A stretch of DNA of 32,000 bases, taken from NCBI GenBank assembly GCA_046533775.1, contig JAWDOO010000001.1:60001-92000 (forward strand), given 5' to 3'. The stretch comes from Candidatus Nanopusillus sp. GTDB taxonomy: Archaea > Nanobdellota > Nanobdellia > Nanobdellales > Nanobdellaceae. The notes beneath the pieces were generated by a model. It was not told the DNA's origin. It saw nothing but the letters and a program-made list of their open reading frames with translations, and made no database searches. The position numbers were made by a program, and so were the translations under genes. Positions 24,430 through 32,000 of the stretch are shown here, in pieces. Every line of letters starts with the position of its first letter. The stretch's first letter is position 1.

Positions 24430-24741
24430 ATGAATGATATTACTATAATGACTTATAGTTTATCATTCCTCATAGGATATTTTTCAGCAGATTATATAAT
24501 TAGAAAATTTTCACCAGAATTCTTTATTGAAATTAAAACAAAGACAAAAGAATATAGAGCAAAAATTCATCATATATATTTATCAATATTTGGAATAATA
24601 CCAGCAATAATTGGAATGATTACATATTTATATGAATTATATATATTAACAACATTATTTTTGGGCGCTGCAATTCATGATGCAATATTAGAAATAAGAA
24701 AGAGATTTAAAAAATTAGATTATATTAAACAAAGCAAGTAA
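24430..24741 (+). CDS. Small membrane protein (about 3 TM), unknown function
   Basis: 103 aa with three hydrophobic segments. It converges on and overlaps the 3' end of the 1421-aa ORF by 27 nt. Confidence 0.45.
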   Translation: MNDITIMTYSLSFLIGYFSADYIIRKFSPEFFIEIKTKTKEYRAKIHHIYLSIFGIIPAIIGMITYLYELYILTTLFLGAAIHDAILEIRKRFKKLDYIKQSK

Positions 24742-27700
24742 TCCTATTATTAAACCCCCTATTCCAATTAAATCTGTTGGAGATATTTTTTCAGATACTA
24801 CTATTTGAGATTGTGTATAGTTTGCTATTACATTATTTGGTCCCAATATATATATTGGGACTTGAGTACTAAATGATGAGGAACCATATGTAGAATTACA
24901 TGTTATACCATATATTAAACTACTTACACCACTAGAAGCTCCCAAAATATTTATATCCAATTCTGAAGATCCATAAGGACTTATAACAAAATTATTACTA
25001 ATCATTCCATTTATACTATAGTTAGTAACAATTGCTTTATTATTTGTAGTTGATGGAATTGGTATTAGAGAACATTGAATGTTTGTTGGTACTAGATTTT
25101 TTATTAAGACAGGATATTTATATTCTTGTCCAACATATAAACTTATTACATTTGTTGCAACTGCTATTCCCATTATTGATGATTGATTAGTTAAATAATT
25201 ATAATATATATAATTTTCATAGAATTCTGCATAATTATTTATTGATTGAATTTGTGTATTACATAATGATCCTGCACACATATATTGTTGATATACAAAG
25301 TCTGAATTACAATTTCTAGAGAATTGTGCTCCATTAAATATTATATAACATGTTTGTGCATTATCATCTACTATATTAAATGTTGTTAATGATTGTAATT
25401 GTGCCCCATTTGGTGGGGAAATTATATAGCTTATTGGTAATATTATTGAATAATTATATATATATGTATTCCATCCATAAATTGTAAATGTTATATTATA
25501 ATCTTGTGGAGAACAATATAAGTTTGTTATATTAATTTCTACATTCAAATAACCTGTTTGATTTGGATTTAATGAATTTATTTGACCACCAGTATTTAAT
25601 ATTTGTATACAATTTGAATTATAATATATATTTTGTACAGATACATTTTCAGCAGGTACCGGTCCTGTATTTTGTACTGCTATAGTTATATTTGAAGGTT
25701 GTCCATATGTTACTTGAGTTAATGATGGATTAGTATATATATTTAATGTATCCCAGTTTATATTTACATATCCATAATATGTTACTGGACTATATACGGT
25801 TAATCCATATGCATTTTGATATGTTACACTATAATTTATTGTACAATCTTGATGTGAACATAGATTTGTTGGGAAATAAATATATAATGGAGAATATTGC
25901 TGTTGTTGTAATAAGAAACTATTATTTGGATCATTCGGAAGATTCCAATTTACATTTATTGTAAGATTTCCTACTCCAACATTTGTTATATTACCAATAT
26001 AAATTGCATCACCTGGATTTGTATTATAAATATATGGATAATATGTTAAATTTTGTAAATATACGGTAGCATTTGGATTTATTACCAATAAATAATATCC
26101 CGGTTCTGGATATATAGGTAACCATCCTTCTGCCTGTCCTACTATATCACCAATATTACATAAAGTTCCATTTGCATCACATATATAATTCGCTGGATTA
26201 ATACATCTTGTTTTTATATAATCTTGATATATTACATAATAACCTGCATCATTTATACTAAAATTATATAAAGTAAAGTAAGAACTTAATGTAAATCCTG
26301 GAATTAATAATCCTTCATTTGGATATATATTATAAACAGTATTTCTATCTATATTATATTGCGTGAAGTTGAATGCTGAATTTGATATACCTTGTACATA
26401 CTGAAATGAACTTGGATTATAATATTGATTTGAACTGTATAACCAAGCAGCAACAGAAGCTATATAACTCCATGTAGCACCATCACTACACAACCTGTTA
26501 TATCCACCACTTACATTAAATCCTACAGATGTATTCTGTGCTAAAACATATATTCCATTGTAATATGTATAATATGTTCCTGAATATGGTCCATAATATG
26601 AGAAATATATAGATAAAGGATTTGAATTTGAATTAGCATTCGTTATTGTTATCGCATGGGAACATGATTGATTAGTAAATTCTCCAGGAGTAACTTCTAA
26701 TACTTGTAGTGGATTGTTAATAAATGGTTGATTAAATGAAGTATTATCATAATAATATTCCCCATAATATGTATAATCTCCAGTATTAGTGTCATAATTA
26801 TCTATATTTAGATCACATAAGTTCTGACCCCAATCTGGATCTCCAGATCCAGGACAATCTGTTCTAGTAACTATACTTTCCCCATTTGGTAAAATTACTG
26901 TAAAGTTAAAGTATGTATTGTTTAATAAATTATTTGAAGAAGGACAACCTGGAATTATTTGAGCTGCATCATCTCCCCCTTGATATATTGGATTTGTATA
27001 ATATTCAAAATAATATGGATAGTTTAAATATATGAATCCTGTATAATTATATTGATCACAAGATAATGATGAACTATTTTCTCCGCTTACTGTACAATTT
27101 TGAACAGTTATATTATAATCTATTATTTCAGAATTTATATTATTTGGCAAATTTGATGGTAAATTGTTGAAATATACCGTATAATTATAAATAGGTGTAA
27201 TATTTCCTAAATAACTATAATTACCAATTGCAAAAATTTGTAATGGATTTGATGAATTATAAAATTCATATGAAACTGTTACAGTTCCATTGAATCCTTG
27301 TGTTGTTATATTTAAAGAATCTGAAGGCGTACATATTTGATTTGAACCTAGATATAGTTCCTGAGAATGTATATTAAATAATAATGGTAATAAAACTAAT
27401 ACAAAGATAAATAATTTTTTCTTTTTCATCATAAATAATATTATTGCAATAATTATTATTAATATTACTACTAAATATGTATAATTATTATTAAAATAAT
27501 TGTAATGATTTTGAACAGTACTTGGATATGTTTGATTTGTAGTGATATTTTGAATTGTATTATTTATTATCCATAGATTAGAATATTGAGATGAATAGAA
27601 AGAAATATAGTAAACCCCACTACTTAATGTATAATTTAAACAATCATTATTTATATTTGTAGTATATATTATGTTTGATTCAGAATTATATCCTATATTT

Positions 27701-28980
27701 AATATTCCAGAAATGTTTGAACATATATAGAAATAATTATTTGTATAATTTATATAAATTAAATTATTTATTGGAATACCATAAGTATTTGATTGATTTA
27801 AAATATAATATGCACAATATCCATAATCCAAATTATTATTAGAATATAGATTTATACATAAATCGAAGCTAGTAGAATTTAATGGTAATTGTAGATTTAC
27901 ATAAGTAAATTGTGTACTATTCCAACTTATATTTCCTAAGTATATATTTTCTTTAAATCCCAATGTATTTGAATAAACTTCTGCTTCTACATTTGGAGTA
28001 ACTGGATATGTATAATGATCTGGAGATGGAGCTACTATAAATGTTAAATTTCCATTACCTTGTAAATAAACACCATCTAATCTTGTTGTTGGACCTAAAA
28101 CTATAAATCTTAATCTATATATTGACTCTGTTTGATTATTATATAATAAAGTTATTCTTAATGAGTAAGCATTTGGATATAATTTTGCAACATTTATATA
28201 TGGAATATTTATTATATTATATCCTTCATTTAATTGTACATTTTCAGTATAATTGTATACCGGATTATATAAAATATCATCCCATGGAGATATTAAAATA
28301 TTTAATGTAGCATTTGTACTTATACTAGAATATATACCAACTGTTAAATTAATATAATTTGAAACACCATATCCAGAAGGTCCATTTAATGAAGAATAAT
28401 AATATCCTGATGATGATAATAGACTACCCCATGTATATAAAGCAGGAGAACTTAAATAAGTATCATCTTTTATAATATAAATTTCTGGAACATTGTTTGG
28501 ATTATTTATATAAAATTCTTGATATACTCCTGGATAATATATAAAAGGCAAACCATTTATTTCACTTAAAGGTGTATATAAATATGCAACAATATAATAA
28601 TATCCGGAAGGTAAATTATCCGGAATTGTATAATTTAATGGTATATTTAAAGATTCTCCAGGTTGCAAATATATATTTTTTATTACATATTCATATACTT
28701 CATTATCAGATGTAAATTGGAATGGATAAATATTATTATTATCATTTTTTTGTATTATTTGAATTACTAATGATGCATTTGGTATATAATAAATATCCCT
28801 ATAATTTATATAAACATTATAGTATAATGTTTGACCTATAGATAAATTATTATTCGATAAATTTATACTTAAAAATGCTACTGGTTGATATAAAGATTCT
28901 GAATACCATATATTATATCCTTGAGAAAAAATTGAATATAGAGAAAATAAAAGAAATGATAATAAATATATCTTTTTCAT
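24715..28980 (-). CDS. Giant surface (S-layer-domain/CARDB-like) glycoprotein candidate; apparent in-frame fusion of two surface proteins
   Basis: 1421 aa. The Sec-like signal is MKKIYLLSFLLFSLYSIFSQ. An internal TM-KKKK-second signal-like segment lies at aa 500-540. The C-terminal anchor is LIGIGGLIIGLLALFNII. Beta-sandwich-like segments resemble CARDB/COG1361 S-layer domains (LQPGESLNIPLNYTIPDNLPSGYYYIVAYLY; ITIAVQNTGPVPAENVSV...LNPNQTGYLNVEINI). There are dozens of NxS/T sequons and very few K/R/D/E. Confidence 0.6.
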   Translation of the reverse strand: MKKIYLLSFLLFSLYSIFSQGYNIWYSESLYQPVAFLSINLSNNNLSIGQTLYYNVYINYRDIYYIPNASLVIQIIQKNDNNNIYPFQFTSDNEVYEYVIKNIYLQPGESLNIPLNYTIPDNLPSGYYYIVAYLYTPLSEINGLPFIYYPGVYQEFYINNPNNVPEIYIIKDDTYLSSPALYTWGSLLSSSGYYYSSLNGPSGYGVSNYINLTVGIYSSISTNATLNILISPWDDILYNPVYNYTENVQLNEGYNIINIPYINVAKLYPNAYSLRITLLYNNQTESIYRLRFIVLGPTTRLDGVYLQGNGNLTFIVAPSPDHYTYPVTPNVEAEVYSNTLGFKENIYLGNISWNSTQFTYVNLQLPLNSTSFDLCINLYSNNNLDYGYCAYYILNQSNTYGIPINNLIYINYTNNYFYICSNISGILNIGYNSESNIIYTTNINNDCLNYTLSSGVYYISFYSSQYSNLWIINNTIQNITTNQTYPSTVQNHYNYFNNNYTYLVVILIIIIAIILFMMKKKKLFIFVLVLLPLLFNIHSQELYLGSNQICTPSDSLNITTQGFNGTVTVSYEFYNSSNPLQIFAIGNYSYLGNITPIYNYTVYFNNLPSNLPNNINSEIIDYNITVQNCTVSGENSSSLSCDQYNYTGFIYLNYPYYFEYYTNPIYQGGDDAAQIIPGCPSSNNLLNNTYFNFTVILPNGESIVTRTDCPGSGDPDWGQNLCDLNIDNYDTNTGDYTYYGEYYYDNTSFNQPFINNPLQVLEVTPGEFTNQSCSHAITITNANSNSNPLSIYFSYYGPYSGTYYTYYNGIYVLAQNTSVGFNVSGGYNRLCSDGATWSYIASVAAWLYSSNQYYNPSSFQYVQGISNSAFNFTQYNIDRNTVYNIYPNEGLLIPGFTLSSYFTLYNFSINDAGYYVIYQDYIKTRCINPANYICDANGTLCNIGDIVGQAEGWLPIYPEPGYYLLVINPNATVYLQNLTYYPYIYNTNPGDAIYIGNITNVGVGNLTINVNWNLPNDPNNSFLLQQQQYSPLYIYFPTNLCSHQDCTINYSVTYQNAYGLTVYSPVTYYGYVNINWDTLNIYTNPSLTQVTYGQPSNITIAVQNTGPVPAENVSVQNIYYNSNCIQILNTGGQINSLNPNQTGYLNVEINITNLYCSPQDYNITFTIYGWNTYIYNYSIILPISYIISPPNGAQLQSLTTFNIVDDNAQTCYIIFNGAQFSRNCNSDFVYQQYMCAGSLCNTQIQSINNYAEFYENYIYYNYLTNQSSIMGIAVATNVISLYVGQEYKYPVLIKNLVPTNIQCSLIPIPSTTNNKAIVTNYSINGMISNNFVISPYGSSELDINILGASSGVSSLIYGITCNSTYGSSSFSTQVPIYILGPNNVIANYTQSQIVVSEKISPTDLIGIGGLIIGLLALFNII
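27361..27483 (-). other. Internal junction: TM anchor + MMKKKK + signal-peptide-like segment
   Basis: aa 500-540 read YTYLVVILIIIIAIILF-MMKKKK-LFIFVLVLLPLLFNIHSQ. The in-frame ATGs are at 27432-27430 and 27429-27427. The second segment mimics the true N-terminus: MKKIYLLSFLLFSLYSIFSQ vs MKKKKLFIFVLVLLPLLFNIHSQ. Confidence 0.8.
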
Positions 28981-29004
28981 AAAAATTCATTCATAAAAAA
29001 TTTT

Positions 29005-30867
29005 TTAAATCTTCTTACTAGTTGCAATTTCTATAACTTCATCTATTGTTTTTACAGGTGTTATTTTTATCTTATCAAATAAGTCTTCAGGTATATCATT
29101 ATAATTACCCTCCGGTACTATAACTTCTTTTAATTTAGATTCTATTGCAGCTTCTATTTTTGCTATTATACCCCCAACAGGTAATACCTCTCCCCTTATT
29201 GATAAAGAACCTGTCATTGCCAAATCCTGTCTTACTGGCCAATTCTTTAATGCAGATATTATTGCAGTTGCAACAGTTATTGAAGCCGAATCTCCTTCTA
29301 CACCTTCATATGTTTGTAAAAATTGAACATGAACCTTATATTTCTTCAAATCTTCTCCAAATTTCTTTTTTACTACTGCAGATACATTTACTATTGCCTC
29401 TTTTGCAATTTTTCCTAAATTTCCTGTAGCAATAATTTCCCTACTACCCTTTCCAGGTACAACCTCTGCCTCAACAGGTAATACTAATCCTGAATAATAT
29501 AGCCTTGATCCAATTACTGCCAATCCATTTACCCTTCCAATTTCATATCCATCAGTTTTTATTATTTGATATTCTTTCCTTCTTTCAATATAATATTTGG
29601 ATATTTGCTCTTCAATTGTTAATGCCTTTTCCTTTGCTTCTATAACATCTTCAGGTTCAACATATTTTTTTCCTTTTGCTTTTGCAATATCTCCTGCCAA
29701 TCTTACCAATCCTCCCAAATCTCTTAATCTTAATGTTAAATAATTTTTTCTTCCAGATCTTCTTTGAGCTTCTCTAATAATTTCTATAACAGCCTCTTTT
29801 GTAAAATGTGGTATATTACCTGTTTTTTTAACTTCCTGTGCAACAAATTGAGCAAATTTATTTGCAGTTTCCTCAGTAAATAATATTTCAGAATTCATAA
29901 ATACTTCATATCCATATCCTTTTATTCTTGATCTAAATGCTGGATGCAATTTTTCTAATGATTCCAAATTTCCAGCTGCTACTAATACAAAATCAGCAGG
30001 AGCTGGTGTAGTTCTTACCATTGCACCAGCAGATCTTTCAGATCTTCCAAATATTGGATATTTCTTTTCTTGTAAAACAGATAATAATTCTATCTGAACC
30101 TCTGGTCTTAATGTTCCAATTTCATCTATAAACAATACACCTTTATTTGCCTTATGTATTGCACCTGCAATTACCCTCTGATGTGCTGGAGTTTCAAGGC
30201 CTCCGGATTGAAATGGATCATGTAATACATCTCCAAATAACATACCTTCAAATGCACCCGTAGCATCTACAAATGGTACAGAAGTTCTGTTTGAATTATC
30301 TACCAATAATTTTGGTACATTTTTCATTATTTGCTTTTGCATCACTTGGAAAGAAAATGATAAACTAGCCATTAAAATCATAAATCCAATAAATGTTGCA
30401 CCGGCCATTATATAATTTCCTTCATAATAAAAGTACATTGGAGTAAATGCTGATATAAATAATAATAAAATATAGAAATATTGGAAAATTTTTGTTTGTT
30501 CTAATATCTTTTTTCTCATTTCTTCTACAATTTTTTTACCAGCTCCCATAGGTACTGTTTTTATTATTGGTTGGTATTCATCATTTGGATTTGGGAATAC
30601 CAATATATCTTCTAAATTTTTAACTTGTTCTTTATCTTCTGATAATATTTCTGCCAATGCTCGCGCTAGCATAGATTTACCAGTGCCAGGATCCCCTATC
30701 AATAAAACATGTCTCCTCTGTTTAGCAGCTTTTTTAATTATATCTAATGCTTTATCTTGTCCAATAATTTGCTCTGATATCTTTTCAGGTACATTTATTT
30801 CTTCTGTAGTCTTAAATTTGAATATATTATATAAGTCCTTTATTGATATTATTGTATTTTCAGACAT
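29005..30867 (-). CDS. lon: Archaeal membrane-bound Lon protease (LonB)
   Basis: 620 aa. Walker A is [14 protein letters not shown] two-helix membrane insert ([22 protein letters not shown]...[17 protein letters not shown]) lies between Walker A and Walker B ([10 protein letters not shown]). The protease domain has the Ser ([13 protein letters not shown]) and Lys ([11 protein letters not shown]) dyad. Confidence 0.92.
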   Translation of the reverse strand: MSENTIISIKDLYNIFKFKTTEEINVPEKISEQIIGQDKALDIIKKAAKQRRHVLLIGDPGTGKSMLARALAEILSEDKEQVKNLEDILVFPNPNDEYQPIIKTVPMGAGKKIVEEMRKKILEQTKIFQYFYILLLFISAFTPMYFYYEGNYIMAGATFIGFMILMASLSFSFQVMQKQIMKNVPKLLVDNSNRTSVPFVDATGAFEGMLFGDVLHDPFQSGGLETPAHQRVIAGAIHKANKGVLFIDEIGTLRPEVQIELLSVLQEKKYPIFGRSERSAGAMVRTTPAPADFVLVAAGNLESLEKLHPAFRSRIKGYGYEVFMNSEILFTEETANKFAQFVAQEVKKTGNIPHFTKEAVIEIIREAQRRSGRKNYLTLRLRDLGGLVRLAGDIAKAKGKKYVEPEDVIEAKEKALTIEEQISKYYIERRKEYQIIKTDGYEIGRVNGLAVIGSRLYYSGLVLPVEAEVVPGKGSREIIATGNLGKIAKEAIVNVSAVVKKKFGEDLKKYKVHVQFLQTYEGVEGDSASITVATAIISALKNWPVRQDLAMTGSLSIRGEVLPVGGIIAKIEAAIESKLKEVIVPEGNYNDIPEDLFDKIKITPVKTIDEVIEIATSKKI

Positions 30868-30903
30868 AATATATTTTATAAAATTAAAAAATATAAAGAT
30901 GAA

Positions 30904-31869
30904 ATGTTTGAATATATAAAAATAGATAGAAGAGTAATATATTATTTAATAATTGTAGGTTTTTTCCTATCTTTTAATCATTGGGATAATTTATTTATTG
31001 GATTAGCTAATTTATTTTTCTCAATAATTTATACAATAATTTCATACTTTATATTTTTATTTATATTTAATTTAGTTTCATCATTTTATGGTTTATATAT
31101 TTATTTAGATAATGTTATTGCAGAATTAAAAATATTGTTTTATAAAAGGGAATCTTATATATTTTTTTATTATTTATTAATTATTTTAGAAATAATATTA
31201 TTCTTTATATTTAGAAATAACTTATTTTTATATGTTATAATATCTCTTTTTGTTATATTATTCTTTTATAATTATATAAAACAATTAAAGATAAAGAGTT
31301 CAAAGAGTGAACAATTAAACTTTACATATATACATAGATATAATTTAAGTTATATAATTACAATCATAATATCAATAATTACACTTGGATTATTTGTTCC
31401 AATAATATTTTCTATGAAACCAATAGTAATAGAATATAAAAGGATTGGAAAAAGTAAAAATATAGAAGTAAGAAATGATGAATTATTAAGGATATTTTTT
31501 ATTTCTACAATAATATTATGGATAATATATTCATCAATAAAATATATATCATATTATTCAACAATATTTTATGGTTTTGTTTATTATTTCTTTAATTTCT
31601 TATTTTTCTTTACATATACATCAATAATACCAATAGGAATATTGTTATCTCCATATTTATCAATTAGAAGGGGATATATATATTCAAATAAATTTATTGG
31701 AGATATATTAATATTATCAAATACACCATTTTATGTTGCATCTATTATAACTATTGCTCTATTGCCAATATTTTCAATAATATTTAATCCAATAGAAGTA
31801 ATAATATTTTCTTTAGCTGTATTTTCTATAATATGGATAAGAAAGCAATTTGACGTTCTAACAAAATGA
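30904..31869 (+). CDS. Polytopic membrane protein, unknown function
   Basis: 321 aa, about 8 hydrophobic spans, with one basic soluble loop ([12 protein letters not shown]; [17 protein letters not shown]). No HExxH, GxGD or other catalytic motif was recognised. It is divergent from lon, with an A/T box (ttttataaaa) about 26 nt upstream. Confidence 0.5.
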   Translation: MFEYIKIDRRVIYYLIIVGFFLSFNHWDNLFIGLANLFFSIIYTIISYFIFLFIFNLVSSFYGLYIYLDNVIAELKILFYKRESYIFFYYLLIILEIILFFIFRNNLFLYVIISLFVILFFYNYIKQLKIKSSKSEQLNFTYIHRYNLSYIITIIISIITLGLFVPIIFSMKPIVIEYKRIGKSKNIEVRNDELLRIFFISTIILWIIYSSIKYISYYSTIFYGFVYYFFNFLFFFTYTSIIPIGILLSPYLSIRRGYIYSNKFIGDILILSNTPFYVASIITIALLPIFSIIFNPIEVIIFSLAVFSIIWIRKQFDVLTK

Positions 31870-31966
31870 TATAAAAATTATTAAGGACTATATTCATTGA
31901 TTAATAGTAAAAAATTAATAATGTTTAAAAGGTTAACTTTATAAACATAATATTTAAAAATTTATT

Positions 31967-32000
31967 ATGGTACAAAAGCTTATAAAAAATCCTGAATTGA
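31967..32000 (+). CDS. 5' end of an unidentified ORF running off the window
   Basis: ATG at 31967 (MVQKLIKNPEL...), preceded by tttataaa (31938-31945) 26 nt upstream, the same arrangement as at 9026/9057. It is too short to identify. Confidence 0.3.
   Translation, partial: MVQKLIKNPEL

Noticed and set aside
25746-30919. Plus-strand ORFs 25746-25964, 28122-28310, 29145-29429 and 30683-30919
   Set aside because: They are antisense to the giant surface-protein ORF or to lon. They are short and have no independent support.
30904-31869. The 321-aa membrane protein as a site-2 protease or prepilin peptidase
   Set aside because: It has no HExxH motif. The only xGD string (FIGDIL) lacks the GxGD context. 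There is no basis for an enzymatic call.
1-32000. CRISPR arrays, tRNA or rRNA genes, IS elements, integrases and long direct or inverted repeats
   Set aside because: No GC-rich structured islands occur in the intergenic spacers other than the C/D sRNA guides. I saw no regularly spaced repeats and no transposase- or integrase-like ORFs. Intergenic space totals only a few hundred nt.

Overview
This is a very AT-rich (by eye about three quarters A+T, not computed) and extremely gene-dense archaeal sequence. Archaeal identity rests on split RNA polymerase large subunits (B''/B' and A'/A''), RpoH, L30e, an S24e-S27ae pair, a membrane-inserted LonB protease, a family-4 uracil-DNA glycosylase and a canonical C/D box sRNA. 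The compactness, the many overlapping genes and the Asn/Ile/Tyr/Lys-rich proteome suggest a reduced-genome DPANN/Nanoarchaeota-like lineage; that is inference only.

Layout:
- 49-7734 (-): conserved rpoH-rpoB2-rpoB1-rpoA1-rpoA2-rpl30e operon.
- 7785-9021 (+): ATP-grasp protein and a DUF371-like protein.
- 9057-21640 (+): a 13-gene, tightly overlapping cluster. Ten products have a short polar N-terminus followed by one hydrophobic helix, resembling class III (type IV pilin-like) signals. One is a 656-aa T2SSF/FlaJ/TadC-like polytopic protein, one carries a complete papain-type (C1) cysteine peptidase domain, one is DUF333-like, and two polytopic membrane proteins are paralogs.
- 21657-24741: agmatinase, UDG, C/D sRNA, coiled-coil ORF, DUF192-like, S27ae, S24e and a small membrane protein.
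- 24715-28980 (-): a 1421-aa charge-poor, sequon-rich surface protein that reads as an in-frame fusion of two signal-peptide/TM-anchor proteins.
- 29005-30867 (-): LonB.
- 30904-31869 (+): polytopic membrane protein.

I saw no rRNA, tRNA, CRISPR array, transposase or integrase. The best candidate for an undescribed system is the 9057-21640 cluster, a type-IV-filament-related surface or host-interaction apparatus with no ATPase or prepilin peptidase in the window. The fused giant surface protein is a second candidate. All family assignments come from motifs read by eye; no searches were run.
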